In this document: positions 28,547-38,455 of the stretch, piece after piece
Position numbering within the stretch: the first letter of the stretch is position 1
How the letters are laid out: the number at the start of each line of letters is the position of its first letter
IMG/VR virus record: IMGVR_UViG_3300037725_000018
Coordinates: 124,001 to 188,000 of that record
Reading direction: 5' to 3' (one strand)
DNA: 64,000 nt
The notes under the pieces: generated by a model
What the model saw: the letters and a program-made list of their open reading frames with translations, nothing else
Database searches by the model: none
Told to the model about the DNA's origin: nothing
Made by a program: the position numbers and the translations under genes

Positions 28547-28655
28547 AATTGTAGTGCTTTGTTAGTCTTGTTAAGTAGCCAGTGATTTTCTGTCAATTCG
28601 CTTGCTTAAATGGTAGCAAGGGTTCTTTGTTTCCATATGTTCTGTGAAGCCTGTG

Positions 28656-28865
28656 TTAACGACCACTTGTTTTCACATCGTTTGGATTTGTTGAAATGTT
28701 GTGGTCGTCAACAAGCTCGTGATCTTTCCGGAGGCTTGGAATTTCAACCGCATGAAACTTTTCGGTCCTCTTCCGTTCTACGCCTCTGTACCTTGCCTCT
28801 TTTACAAGCCCTTTGAAGTTGACATATACTTTCTGTCCGTGCCTATAGTTTTTATTAACTGCCAT
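28656..28865 (-). CDS. Hypothetical small protein
   Basis: ATG ORF. Confidence 0.6.
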   Translation of the reverse strand: MAVNKNYRHGQKVYVNFKGLVKEARYRGVERKRTEKFHAVEIPSLRKDHELVDDHNISTNPNDVKTSGR

Positions 28866-29076
28866 ATCGTGTTTGATTTTTTATATGAGTACAAACTTTT
28901 GAAAGCTCCCAAAAGTATTCTGAAACTTGTATGTAATTTTTTCCAATGTTAAAAAATAAATCCCAACGTTTTTGAAATGCTTTAACATACAAAGCATCTA
29001 CATTTCTTTCGCCATGTTTTTTAAATAGCTCTCGAACGTCTTTTCTATTTAAAGGGTCAAGTTCAATAACAATCAT
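28855..29076 (-). CDS. Micro-protein family (MIVIELD)
   Basis: Family N-motif. Confidence 0.6.
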   Translation of the reverse strand: MIVIELDPLNRKDVRELFKKHGERNVDALYVKAFQKRWDLFFNIGKNYIQVSEYFWELSKVCTHIKNQTRYGS

Positions 29077-29091
29077 GTGCGTATGTGCGTT

Positions 29092-29409
29092 TTATGTGCC
29101 CCAAACCCATTTTGATACTTTTTCAATCGTTTTTTGAAAAAGAGAACCGGAATTTTCTTTGGGCCTTTGCCAGTGGTTTCGTCTTCTAATCGAACAAAGA
29201 ATATCCACCTTCGAATTTAAGGGTTGAGTCGTTTGTTGTACTTTACTCGGACCCCTTCCGGATTCTTTAATGTACCACCCGTTACAATCACTTGGATTGT
29301 CTCCGTACGAATAAACTCGATCAACCCAAGGTTTCATGTTATCGGATAAGATAAAAGCTAGGGGTTTCCCGAAACCTTCAGAAGATCCATGTTTTGAAAT
29401 TACTATCAA
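29092..29409 (-). CDS. Micro-protein family (MIVISK, TTG start)
   Basis: Family N-motif; overlaps upstream stop. Confidence 0.55.
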   Translation of the reverse strand: MIVISKHGSSEGFGKPLAFILSDNMKPWVDRVYSYGDNPSDCNGWYIKESGRGPSKVQQTTQPLNSKVDILCSIRRRNHWQRPKENSGSLFQKTIEKVSKWVWGT

Positions 29410-29630
29410 TTGATATCACCCCTGACTGAATTCAAAAATTCTACTTTACCTTCAAGAGAACCCGTATCAAAATGGTCGTCAATTTTGACGTGGTTGTAAC
29501 CTTCCCGCACCCATCTGCGCGTTTTTCTTTCAAAAGGGAAAGAATTGTACATAAAGTCGGAGTTGTTGCAAAGCTTCATGTACACTTCTTTCGCTGCCAT
29601 GCTGACAGTTTCACCTTCAAGTATAACCAT
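29406..29630 (-). CDS. Micro-protein family (MVILEGE)
   Basis: Family N-motif. Confidence 0.6.
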   Translation of the reverse strand: MVILEGETVSMAAKEVYMKLCNNSDFMYNSFPFERKTRRWVREGYNHVKIDDHFDTGSLEGKVEFLNSVRGDIN

Positions 29631-29636
29631 TATTTG

Positions 29637-29864
29637 TTACGGGGACGTGTGTTTTCCAGATGGAGTCATTTGAAGATATACGTAAGCGTTTCGAAGACAA
29701 CCTTTTGCAATTTCGTCGTCTTCAAAGCCTTCAATCCCCCGGTCGTTAATCCCGAACACTTGACAGGCAAGTTTTCCAAAGACCCCGGATTTTCCGGAGC
29801 CTTTGTACTCCCTCCAAAACCTGTTGAATTCAAGCTGTTCGATTTTGTTTGTCTTGTGGCTCAT
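29637..29864 (-). CDS. Hypothetical protein
   Basis: ATGA overlap. Confidence 0.6.
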   Translation of the reverse strand: MSHKTNKIEQLEFNRFWREYKGSGKSGVFGKLACQVFGINDRGIEGFEDDEIAKGCLRNAYVYLQMTPSGKHTSP

Positions 29865-30109
29865 GAATTTTTCTTTCGGCTTTCGATTTCTTCAAAGATT
29901 TCGTCCACAATGTGAACGTCAAGAATCTCGTTTAGCGTAGACTCCCCAATCTTTGTATAAGGAGGGTCCATTTCAATCTGCCAAAAATCTGTGTCCGAAT
30001 CTTCCTTCTTCAAAAAGCCACTTCCTCCAAGCTCTTTGCATTTGTCGAATACCTTTTGAAGACGGTCGGTTTCGTTTTCGAGTTCTTGCTTGTTGACTAG
30101 TACCTTCAT
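29861..30109 (-). CDS. Hypothetical protein
   Basis: ATG start MKVLVN chosen. Confidence 0.6.
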   Translation of the reverse strand: MKVLVNKQELENETDRLQKVFDKCKELGGSGFLKKEDSDTDFWQIEMDPPYTKIGESTLNEILDVHIVDEIFEEIESRKKNS

Positions 30110-30181
30110 AACTTGTTTTAGTTGCTTTGGTTTTTGATTGTATTGTAGGTTAACGTCTCTTCTATTGGGATGCAACGGGCT

Positions 30182-31000
30182 TTAGACTTCCGTGTTCCAA
30201 CCTTTCTCCTTTAAGAAAGATTGAAGATCATCTATTTGCTCGTCACTTAGATTAGACTCTCCGATTTCTATGGTCACAAACAAATCTCCATTCTCCTTGT
30301 TCCAGCTTTGCACTCCGTGTCCGGAAATCTTAAACGTTTCTCCATTTTTGGTTCCCCTTGGAACCTTCACGTTTATCTTTTTACCGTGTGGGTTTTCAAC
30401 TGTTACCTCCCCACCTATTACTGAGCGAAGTGGAGAGACCTTGACAGTTTTCCAAATGTCGGTTCCGTCTCTTCGGTCAAATTCTTTTGGTTCATTGACG
30501 TGAGCCCGTACAAAAATGTTATAGGCAGGATCTACATTTTTTTCATATCCGCTTTCGGCCCCGGACGGAATTTCGACGGTATACGAGTTTTTACCGTATT
30601 TATACCCGTTTGAAACTTCATACTTTTGGGTTTCTAAAATATCTTCAAAATCCAAGTACAGGTAAAGAACCTTCTTTTTTCTCTTCTTTCTTCGTCTGGA
30701 CCTCTGCTTAAAATCTTGAACGAAGTCTGTAAAAAACTCTTCCGGGTCAACGTGATGTTTGGGGCCAGCCGAATAACCTTGAAACCAATCCCCCGAACTT
30801 TTCTCTCTATCGTATTCTTCCCGCTTTTCGGGATCACTTAAAACTTGGTACGCTTCATTGATTTTTTGAAACGTTTGAACGTCCCCGCCTTTTGTGTCCG
30901 GATGATGTTTTTTTGAAAGTTTTCGAAAAGCGGTTTTGATTTCTTCTTGGGTTGCGTCTTTGTCAACCCCAAGAATGTCGTAGTAACTTTTTTCGCTCAT
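30182..31000 (-). CDS. dnaJ: DnaJ/CbpA-type co-chaperone (no zinc finger)
   Basis: YYDILGV, HHPD, INEAYQVLSD, GDLFV. Confidence 0.92.
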   Translation of the reverse strand: MSEKSYYDILGVDKDATQEEIKTAFRKLSKKHHPDTKGGDVQTFQKINEAYQVLSDPEKREEYDREKSSGDWFQGYSAGPKHHVDPEEFFTDFVQDFKQRSRRRKKRKKKVLYLYLDFEDILETQKYEVSNGYKYGKNSYTVEIPSGAESGYEKNVDPAYNIFVRAHVNEPKEFDRRDGTDIWKTVKVSPLRSVIGGEVTVENPHGKKINVKVPRGTKNGETFKISGHGVQSWNKENGDLFVTIEIGESNLSDEQIDDLQSFLKEKGWNTEV

Positions 31001-31027
31001 CTGTGATATACTTGTTGTGTAAATTTT

Positions 31028-31267
31028 TTACTCGGAACTTCCCCCTCCTGTGTTATACCGATAAGTGATTCGCCCCTTTTCCAAATCATAAGGGCTAAGT
31101 TCAACCTTCACGCGGTCCCCCGGAAGAATGTTGATTTTGTTATTTCGAATGTCCCCGCTACAGTAGCAGTGCGCTTGCTTTCCGTTGTCAAACTCAACGG
31201 TAAAATTGTAATTTGGGTGCTCGTTAACAACGGTTCCATCCTTTTCAATTGGTTCTTGTTTTGCCAT
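31028..31267 (-). CDS. infA: Translation initiation factor IF-1
   Basis: MAKQEPIE...[31 protein letters not shown]. Confidence 0.95.
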   Translation of the reverse strand: MAKQEPIEKDGTVVNEHPNYNFTVEFDNGKQAHCYCSGDIRNNKINILPGDRVKVELSPYDLEKGRITYRYNTGGGSSE

Positions 31268-31364
31268 AAAACAGTATATACTTTTTATTAGTTAGTGAAT
31301 GTTTTCGGTTTATTCTTTGGAAATCCTAAACAAACGGTATCGGGTCTTGTTTCTTGAAGTTTAT

Positions 31365-31565
31365 TTAAAGATACCCGCGCCTGTATATGTATCTCGTGAT
31401 TCCGTTTGCAGAGAGATTTGAAAACTGCATTTGTCTTCTAGAAAGGCTGTACGCGGTGAATCTAGGGTTCCGGGTTCCTTGAACGTACGAAGAAACAAGG
31501 CACCCCGAAGAAATCAAAGACATTACCGCTTCAAATTCCCTCTGTTTGTTGGTTAAAATTACCAT
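31365..31565 (-). CDS. Micro-protein family (MVILTNK)
   Basis: Family N-motif. Confidence 0.55.
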   Translation of the reverse strand: MVILTNKQREFEAVMSLISSGCLVSSYVQGTRNPRFTAYSLSRRQMQFSNLSANGITRYIYRRGYL

Positions 31566-31763
31566 TGACCTGCTTGCTTAACATTCATGCGTATATGTAT
31601 ATAGCTTAAAAAGCGAGTCACTTGCAAGCACGTCAAATTCGGAGACTTCCGTGATCCGCGATTTCTTCAATCCACTGAATGTGGTGGGTGATCCATTCTT
31701 CCTCATAGTCAGCTACTTTTCTTGTTCCGTTTCTTGGATCTGACACACAGGAAAGAATAGGTT

Positions 31764-31991
31764 TCACGCCCATCTTTTAATGTAAACACGTTTCATTATG
31801 TCGGTTCGAATGCGACCGTCTCTCATTTCCATTCTCCGAAACGTCATTCCGGACGTTTTATGTGTATCCCCCCGTTCGCTTTCTGAATGTCTGTTTACAA
31901 TCTTTTTTACAAGCCCAATGACTTTATCTAAATTTGTTCGGCTTGGGTCCGGGTGGTTTTTAAAAGAAAGGTAAGCTGTATTGTTTGTCAT
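31764..31991 (-). CDS. Hypothetical protein
   Basis: ATG ORF. Confidence 0.55.
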   Translation of the reverse strand: MTNNTAYLSFKNHPDPSRTNLDKVIGLVKKIVNRHSESERGDTHKTSGMTFRRMEMRDGRIRTDIMKRVYIKRWA

Positions 31992-32178
31992 GCTGGTTTT
32001 TTGGTTTTGAATGTGTATTCTACCTCTGTAAAACCAACTTAGAGCTTTTTTGTTTCATGAAGCTTTTGAAAACAAGTTCATAGGATCTTCATATTTTAGA
32101 TTGAAACCTGTTTCGGGTTTCTGCGTGTAACGTAGTGAAGTTAAGAGAGGGAACCCCTTACCAAACGGCTTAAAAAAG

Positions 32179-32751
32179 ATGGATTTCTCGGAAGTCACAC
32201 AAATTCCCCCGAAGCCGCAAAACGAAACGGACTTTGATTTCAAAGAGTCCAAAGTGGAAATGCGGGAATTCGCAGAAAGCAAGCTTGAAGAGTTTGGCCT
32301 CGTCGAAAAAGGCTGGACGTTCAAGTTTAATGGTCGCATTAAAAAGGCTGTTGGGAAATGCCGCCCAAGAAAGCGGACCATTGAAGTTTCTTCGACGTGG
32401 TTCGTCAAGTATGGGCCGAAAAAGCTTGCCGAAGAAGGTGCCCGTGAAGACCTGTTTGAAGATGTGGTCCTTCACGAAATTGCCCATGCCGTTGACTTTG
32501 AGCGGCGGGGAACGTCCGACCATTCCCGGTTTTGGAAAGAGGTTGCGCGGGAAGTGGGTGCGGACCCGACCCGGACGTGCAAGATTCCGAAAACGCTCCG
32601 GGCGCTTGTTGCAAAATGGGCTTTGGAATGCCCCGAATGCGGGAACCGGAGCTACTATCACCGGAAGCCAAAGCCGAACAAGTCCTGTGGTCGGTGCTCT
32701 AACAGCTACGATTCGCGGTATCACCTTGAACTGGTAAAGCTTGACAATTAA
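32179..32751 (+). CDS. SprT-like zinc metalloprotease with Zn ribbon
   Basis: AVGKC, LHEIAHA, H...WK, CPECG..CGRC; class A promoter at 32103. Confidence 0.9.
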   Translation: MDFSEVTQIPPKPQNETDFDFKESKVEMREFAESKLEEFGLVEKGWTFKFNGRIKKAVGKCRPRKRTIEVSSTWFVKYGPKKLAEEGAREDLFEDVVLHEIAHAVDFERRGTSDHSRFWKEVAREVGADPTRTCKIPKTLRALVAKWALECPECGNRSYYHRKPKPNKSCGRCSNSYDSRYHLELVKLDN

Positions 32752-32839
32752 CAATTCCTTCAAAGACCCTTGGGAACCACCCCCAAGGGTCTTTGTTTAC
32801 TTAAATGCACAAGAGAGGGAACCAAACCCAACAAAGAAG

Positions 32840-33172
32840 ATGAAAAACGAAAAGGTTGAATACATCGTCACCTTCGAAGCTTCCATCGGAAACAAGATTT
32901 CCCTTATCAAGCACTTTCGTTCTCTAACAAAGTCCTACATCAAGCCTGCTAAGGATGCAATCACGTCGGCAGTGAGCCGGGAGAAGTGGGAGGGGGTTGC
33001 CGATGGGGAAATCGATTCGTATTCCTTCAACATCATCATGGGTGAAGAGGCGTTCAAAGAGCTTTCAAAAAACGTCATGATGCGGGAAGTCAATGCGGGT
33101 GGGGGCGAGCTTTCCGTCACGGGAGTTAAAGAAATTTTTCTTCCCGAAAATTACGGGCGCTTGGATGATTAG
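32840..33172 (+). CDS. Hypothetical protein with bL12 C-terminal-like motif
   Basis: GNKISLIKHFRSLT...KPAKDAI; class A promoter at 32773. Confidence 0.6.
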   Translation: MKNEKVEYIVTFEASIGNKISLIKHFRSLTKSYIKPAKDAITSAVSREKWEGVADGEIDSYSFNIIMGEEAFKELSKNVMMREVNAGGGELSVTGVKEIFLPENYGRLDD

Positions 33173-33326
33173 ATGATTAGCTAACTGCCTCCTTACTTAT
33201 GAATAATGTAATGTGGGGAAGGCGCGTTCACTTGCGCCTTCCCTGCTTTTTATTTGTGGGAACAACGGGCCAAAGGTTTGGTTTGTCCTGTGGCTTGACA
33301 AAAACAAAAGAAGAAAGGAAAAGATC

Positions 33327-33890
33327 ATGAAAGCATTAAAAACGATTTTTATTTTAACCATCGGGATCATGATTGGGATCTGGTTTGGGGCTCCGGAACC
33401 CGAAGTCAAAACCAAAACGATTGTGAAAACGAAAACTGTAGAGAGGTCTTCGCCAAAAGACCTTCACATGAACGCGGAATATTTGGCTTCGGCTCTGTAT
33501 TCGGAAACGAAAGATATGTCCAACTTTGAATACATCGCTTGGACAATTCGAAACCGTGTTGAAAGCGAAGACTACCCGGATACGGTTATGGACGTAATCC
33601 TGCAAGAGCACCAATTTTCCGCATTCAACACAAGAGAAGGGCGCGAAAAGTACCTTTCCCTAACGCTTCAAACCACGTCAAGCACGCACTACAGACGTGC
33701 TTACCGGGTTGCAAGGTACGTGCTAAACGCTCCAATGGAAGTTAATCCGATGGAGGGGGTAACACACTTCTTCATGGAAGACACCTTAAAACAGACGCAG
33801 GGGATCTCTCAGCCTTTTTGGGCCGAAGGCAAGACGCCGTATTTTGTGAACGGACAGACGAAGTATTACCGTGGCATCCGGGCACCGTAA
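33327..33890 (+). CDS. Second SleB-like cell wall hydrolase with N-terminal signal/TM
   Basis: LASALYSE, TIRNRV, YPDTV, HQFSAFN, THFF. Confidence 0.85.
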   Translation: MKALKTIFILTIGIMIGIWFGAPEPEVKTKTIVKTKTVERSSPKDLHMNAEYLASALYSETKDMSNFEYIAWTIRNRVESEDYPDTVMDVILQEHQFSAFNTREGREKYLSLTLQTTSSTHYRRAYRVARYVLNAPMEVNPMEGVTHFFMEDTLKQTQGISQPFWAEGKTPYFVNGQTKYYRGIRAP

Positions 33891-33967
33891 CGGCGGTCTT
33901 CGGAACAAGATTTAACTTTCGTCATTTATAAGATACGCAGTAACAGAAACCAACCACATAAAATAAA

Positions 33968-34390
33968 ATGAGCGATACAGACACCCGCGAAGTTTTGGTT
34001 CGCCGCACGCTTCTTTACGTGATTGACGTGCCAAAGAGCCAAAACAGAGAAGAGGCAATTGTCGAAGCAAAAATGATTTCCACGTCGAAAGCGCAAGAAG
34101 AGCGGTTTGAGCTTGGTGGAATTGAATCTCAAAGAGACATTGAAGATGAAACAGCCGCCAACTCAAGCGTAGAGAGAATTGAAGATGCGTCGGTTCTTCA
34201 AAAGTGTGACGACGTTGTTTTCGTAGATTCAAACCACGACGGTCGCGTGATGGAAGTCACAAGCCGAAGCGTCAAGGTTCTTGACCTTGAAACAATGGAG
34301 CCAATTTCGTTTGTCCGTCGAACCGGAAAGGTTTGGGGAGAAGACGACGGAGATCACATTTCCGACGTGCTTATGCGCGTAGCTTCTTAA
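33968..34390 (+). CDS. Hypothetical protein
   Basis: Class A promoter at 33902. Confidence 0.75.
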   Translation: MSDTDTREVLVRRTLLYVIDVPKSQNREEAIVEAKMISTSKAQEERFELGGIESQRDIEDETAANSSVERIEDASVLQKCDDVVFVDSNHDGRVMEVTSRSVKVLDLETMEPISFVRRTGKVWGEDDGDHISDVLMRVAS

Positions 34391-34498
34391 AGCGCGTTTA
34401 ACAAATCTTCACAAGCCCCGTGGGAACCCTCGCGTTCCTGCGGGGTTTTAAGTATTGCAATTAGGAAGGGAAACCGCTCATCAAACCTTTTGCCCAAG

Positions 34499-34873
34499 AT
34501 GAAGTATTCTGTTTTCCAGTACAAAAAGAACGCTCACGAAATTGATCTTGAGCGTTACCGCAACTACGCTCACGGCAAGATCGTTGAAACCGAAGACGGG
34601 GAAACCAAAAACGTTCCGTCTACCGCTTCTCTTTGGGATCGGCGGGATCTTATGAACCACGTCGCAGACGTTGAGGTTGACGCCGGGACGGATCTTGAAC
34701 AGATGTTTCGAATGATGCAACACGGGGAAGAGGCGTGGACGGATCGGGAGTTTGTGACAGCCGTTGAAAACCCGGCCACAAGCCTCTCGGTTGGGGACAT
34801 TCTTTGGAATCGGGACACCGGAGAAGCCGTTGTTGTCCGGAGGTTCGGGTTCGACCGAATTGACGTTCTCTAA
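34499..34873 (+). CDS. YodL-like protein
   Basis: YSVFQ...LEQMF...SLSVGDIL...FGF; class A promoter at 34423. Confidence 0.65.
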   Translation: MKYSVFQYKKNAHEIDLERYRNYAHGKIVETEDGETKNVPSTASLWDRRDLMNHVADVEVDAGTDLEQMFRMMQHGEEAWTDREFVTAVENPATSLSVGDILWNRDTGEAVVVRRFGFDRIDVL

Positions 34874-35142
34874 AAGGCGCTTGTTTGAAGGGAAGGGAAG
34901 GGCAAAGGCTCTTCCCTTCTTTCGTTTGTGCGTTCGTTCTGAACGTTTTGAAACCCTACATTCACCCGTTGCTATGAACCCTGCTGCTTTAAGCACACAG
35001 TCTGCACACGTCACCGAAGTAAACCTCAAAAAGTCTTTACATTCCGCGTCGGAACCAGCTTATAGCTAACGCATGTAATTAAGCGCAGAAAGGGGAGGGA
35101 GCTTTTCCTAAGACAGTTTCCCAAACAAAACCATTTGAGAAG

Positions 35143-35529
35143 ATGGACACGATTGAGATTCAGGGAGAACAGGTTGACGTTTCCGACATGGCAGAGCGGC
35201 TTGCCCCGTATGGGAACGTTGAAAACGGCCTTCGCAAGTCTCGCCCAAAAAACGAAAGCGGTTTGGCGCAGTACGTTTGGCGCATGGCCCGGTTTCACTC
35301 CGGGAAAGACACTCACATGCCCGTGACGTGCGAGTTTTGGCTTACCTCTTGGATGGAAGAGAGGGGAATGATTCCCACGATCCAAGAATCCACGTCTTCG
35401 CGGGATCGGCGTTCGAAGATCACGGAAGCCACCAAAGAAATTGAGCCGCTTGTGACTTCGGTTCTTGAAGAGTTTGGCCTTGACGACACGAAGGCAGCAA
35501 GCCGCTGGAGCAAGGCAGGGCTTTTCTAA
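35143..35529 (+). CDS. Hypothetical protein
   Basis: Class A promoter at 35051; downstream hairpin. Confidence 0.75.
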   Translation: MDTIEIQGEQVDVSDMAERLAPYGNVENGLRKSRPKNESGLAQYVWRMARFHSGKDTHMPVTCEFWLTSWMEERGMIPTIQESTSSRDRRSKITEATKEIEPLVTSVLEEFGLDDTKAASRWSKAGLF

Positions 35530-35549
35530 AAGGCGTTCGCTTCAAACAA

Positions 35550-35580
35550 AGGGAAGGGCAAAGGCCCCTTCCCTTTTTTT
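35550..35580 (+). terminator. Intrinsic terminator
   Basis: AGGGAAGGG-CAAAGG-CCCCTTCCCT plus T-run; related hairpin near 34890-34920. Confidence 0.7.
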
Positions 35581-35608
35581 ATTTGAAAGCGATATAGGTG
35601 GTACTGAC

Positions 35609-35788
35609 ATGATTGTGCTTTACGAGTCTAGAAAAGAGTGGGGGGAAATCCGCGAATTTTCTGTTGGTCCCAACCCCACGATAGAGCTTCGGGGAGAAAC
35701 GTGCTCGATTGAAAACTTAGGTGATAACATTACAACCGTCAAATTCAAAAAAATTAAAATCAAGCGGGCCTTAAAAGAAATTTCATAA
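35609..35788 (+). CDS. Micro-protein family (MIVLYES)
   Basis: Family N-motif. Confidence 0.6.
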   Translation: MIVLYESRKEWGEIREFSVGPNPTIELRGETCSIENLGDNITTVKFKKIKIKRALKEIS

Positions 35789-35871
35789 AAAAGTAGGAAC
35801 CGGGCTTTATTCTCCCTGTTAAAGCAAACGGAAAAAGAGGGAACCCTTTTCACCAACGAACCCTGTTTGCT

Positions 35872-36153
35872 ATGAACGCCACGAAAGAAGAGATCCGCGA
35901 AAAGTTTTCTCTTCCGTCTGACAGTCGGGCAAGGAAGCTTCGGGACATGTTTTCGAAGCACGTCACGTATCTGGACAAGAGCCTAAACCGGGCTTGGAAG
36001 GGTCCGGTCGAAGCGGTTGTGCCGAAAGAGAAGGCTAAAGACATGCGGGAAGCAATGAGCTTCATCGGTGCTCATGTGGATAAGACCGAAAGCCTTCCGG
36101 GTGGCCGCGTTCGGCTTTACAGCCGGGGCTACTACGTTCACGTTGGGGCTTAA
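35872..36153 (+). CDS. Hypothetical protein
   Basis: Class A promoter at 35796; hairpin at 36188-36219. Confidence 0.75.
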   Translation: MNATKEEIREKFSLPSDSRARKLRDMFSKHVTYLDKSLNRAWKGPVEAVVPKEKAKDMREAMSFIGAHVDKTESLPGGRVRLYSRGYYVHVGA

Positions 36154-36310
36154 ATGAAGCGACAGCTTCCCATTCAAACCCGCAGGAAGGCCCACAGGGG
36201 GAAACCTCTTGTGGGCCTTTGCCATACCCTTTTCGGTTCCGAAAACTTCTTAGAAACAATTGTGTGGACAGGCAATATCTACCAGTAGACAAAGAAAAAT
36301 AACAAAGAAA

Positions 36311-36532
36311 ATGATTGCAGTTATAGTCTCGACGCCAAAAGACTACGGAGAAGCTTCAAAGCTTCGGATCTATCTTTCCGTTAATGACGTTTTTAAAGAA
36401 GGAAAAAAAGACTCCAAAGAAATTCAGGTTATTTCAACCCCAAATTTCACCCGAAAGCAAAACAACCAGATTGAAGAAAAGAGTTGGTTTAAAAATATAA
36501 GGTCTAAAAAAGAACAAGTAAAAAACCTTTAA
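36311..36532 (+). CDS. Micro-protein (MIAVIVST)
   Basis: Family N-motif. Confidence 0.6.
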   Translation: MIAVIVSTPKDYGEASKLRIYLSVNDVFKEGKKDSKEIQVISTPNFTRKQNNQIEEKSWFKNIRSKKEQVKNL

Positions 36533-36536
36533 CGGC

Positions 36537-36689
36537 ATGATCATCATACTTAGCGAAACAGAAGAAGAAGATTATAAAGTGGAAGAAGTATTTGAATATG
36601 GCCCCGCTTCTATGTCTTGGTATCTTACAGATGATGAAGTTTCGAGAGAAGAGATTAGACACATAAAAAAAGACCTAAAAACATGGTAG
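36537..36689 (+). CDS. Micro-protein (MIIILSE), 50 aa
   Basis: Manual translation. Confidence 0.6.
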   Translation: MIIILSETEEEDYKVEEVFEYGPASMSWYLTDDEVSREEIRHIKKDLKTW

Positions 36690-37015
36690 TTTTCTTTGAA
36701 TCAAAAACGGAATTTTCAAATGCGCTTTCGAACTCTACGTCCAAAAACACACTTCTTGATCTTTCGGTTCGCGTAAACGGTGTTAAGCTTTCGTACGCGG
36801 AACACGAAAAGACATACAAAAAACATGTAAGTCCCAAATCTTTAAAGTTAGCGCAGAAGCAGGGGACGGTATTTGGGCTTTCCGACGAAAAAAAGCGGCT
36901 TACTCTGTCCGGTGGAAAGCTTGTATACAATTCGGGTTCATTTGCACTTTCTTCTGCTTTGTTTTCAACGTTTAAGTCAATATCCGGCTCGCACAAAACT
37001 GGCAATATAATATAA
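36683..37015 (+). CDS. Micro-protein (MVVFFES)
   Basis: Family N-motif; VNG subfamily. Confidence 0.65.
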   Translation: MVVFFESKTEFSNALSNSTSKNTLLDLSVRVNGVKLSYAEHEKTYKKHVSPKSLKLAQKQGTVFGLSDEKKRLTLSGGKLVYNSGSFALSSALFSTFKSISGSHKTGNII

Positions 37016-37031
37016 CACAAGTTGAAAACCC

Positions 37032-37202
37032 ATGATTATCGTTGTGTCTGAAAATGAAAGAGATCGAAGAAGTCTTGTTGGCTTTCCTCTTCACAACAAG
37101 GGAGGATGCAAGCACGTACTAAACACAAAGCAATCTAAAGCCGCAAACTTGAAAAAGTCTATCGTGGCTAGAATTGAAATTGTGAACTTGCACGGTTGGT
37201 AA
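37032..37202 (+). CDS. Micro-protein (MIIVVSE), 56 aa
   Basis: Manual translation. Confidence 0.6.
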   Translation: MIIVVSENERDRRSLVGFPLHNKGGCKHVLNTKQSKAANLKKSIVARIEIVNLHGW

Positions 37203-37208
37203 AAGAAG

Positions 37209-37388
37209 ATGATTTTCATAATGTACGAAACAAAAAAAGAGCAGAGGCGTTCTTACATTAACGCAAATGGAGAAGGTTTTTGTTTTTTTGGTTGGGAGGG
37301 AATGAAACTTTTGCCGGAAACAAAACTTAAAAGAATTGTAATCGAAAGGTTCAGAGAAGCTAGAGTGAAAAATGGTCGTCATTTTTGA
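37209..37388 (+). CDS. Micro-protein (MIFIMYE), 59 aa
   Basis: Manual translation. Confidence 0.6.
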   Translation: MIFIMYETKKEQRRSYINANGEGFCFFGWEGMKLLPETKLKRIVIERFREARVKNGRHF

Positions 37389-37617
37389 AACAGAAAAAGA
37401 AGTCGTTGACGCAATTTCATATAAAAACGTTCCCGCAAAGTGGGAAGTCAACGGAAAACCAGTAGAGGCAAAAGAGGTTATCGTAATGCCAAATAACCTA
37501 ACAAAAAATCACTTTCCCGCCCACAAACAAATTGTGAAACGAAATCTTCACGAAAAGCAAGAAGACCTCTCGATTCTAAAAAAAGTTTGGTCGTTTGCAG
37601 CGTCAATCTTCAACTAA
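37372..37617 (+). CDS. Micro-protein (MVVIFET)
   Basis: Family N-motif; VNG subfamily. Confidence 0.65.
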   Translation: MVVIFETEKEVVDAISYKNVPAKWEVNGKPVEAKEVIVMPNNLTKNHFPAHKQIVKRNLHEKQEDLSILKKVWSFAASIFN

Positions 37618-37625
37618 AAATGCCC

Positions 37626-37799
37626 ATGCCCATAATCGTCGGAAAAAGAAAGGAGCTTAAAGAGGCTTACGTTATCCCAATGACACAAAGACAGTCCCGG
37701 ACCTACAAATGGTTTAAGCATTCTGAAGTAAGAAATATGGGAACTAAGATGGTCAAGGAGTTAATCAGAGAAATATCATCTGAACTTAAAAGAAATTGA
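37626..37799 (+). CDS. Micro-protein (MPIIVGK)
   Basis: Variant N-motif. Confidence 0.55.
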   Translation: MPIIVGKRKELKEAYVIPMTQRQSRTYKWFKHSEVRNMGTKMVKELIREISSELKRN

Positions 37800-37809
37800 A
37801 ACCCAAGTT

Positions 37810-37995
37810 ATGTTCATTGTATTTGAAAGCGAAAAAGAGCGAAAAGAAGCTGTAAACACCGACAAATCATCGGTTCGTTCATTTTGGATTGAGGAAGAAA
37901 TGATTTCAATTAAAAACGTCATGCGGGTTTACAGTTGGGACAACATGCGGCTCGGAAAGTCTCAGGCACGCAAAAAAGTAGCACATAGGCTTTAA
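37810..37995 (+). CDS. Micro-protein (MFIVFES)
   Basis: Family N-motif. Confidence 0.65.
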   Translation: MFIVFESEKERKEAVNTDKSSVRSFWIEEEMISIKNVMRVYSWDNMRLGKSQARKKVAHRL

Positions 37996-38002
37996 TAAGG
38001 AT

Positions 38003-38188
38003 ATGCAAATTATATTCGAGACGTACCTAAAATTTCAAGCTCACTCCACGCCGGAGCTTAGTTTTTCCGGCTTCAAGGTCGGGGAAGCAAGAGACGTGCC
38101 TTCCCGTTGCATCCATGTTAAAAACACAGACACGATCCGGTCTATAAAAAAGCGGCTTCGAAAAGGGCTCGCGCAAGGCAAAAATTGA
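38003..38188 (+). CDS. Micro-protein (MQIIFET)
   Basis: Family N-motif. Confidence 0.65.
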   Translation: MQIIFETYLKFQAHSTPELSFSGFKVGEARDVPSRCIHVKNTDTIRSIKKRLRKGLAQGKN

Positions 38189-38276
38189 CTTCCATATCGA
38201 GACCGGGTAGAGAAACGATTTCAAAAGACCTACCCCCCTTCAAATAACAAGTTCAATTGACCCCCCCCCCTTAAGG

Positions 38277-38438
38277 ATGGTTTTGATTGCACATTCGCAT
38301 AAAGAACTTCAAATTGCAGTTAGAATGTCACACGACCTTCTTCTTGTTCACGATTCGGTTTTCTTTCCCCGCTCTTCATACTGGATTCGAAACAAAGAAA
38401 ATATGCATCGGTTCATAAAAAGTGATTTGAAAGTGTAA
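38277..38438 (+). CDS. Micro-protein (MVLIAHS), 53 aa
   Basis: Manual translation. Confidence 0.55.
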   Translation: MVLIAHSHKELQIAVRMSHDLLLVHDSVFFPRSSYWIRNKENMHRFIKSDLKV

Positions 38439-38455
38439 AGATTAGTAGTAACATC

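Noticed and set aside
27464-28585. 373-aa + strand ORF
   Set aside because: Antisense shadow of the MoxR ATPase; other opposite-strand ORFs over clear genes were dropped for the same reason.
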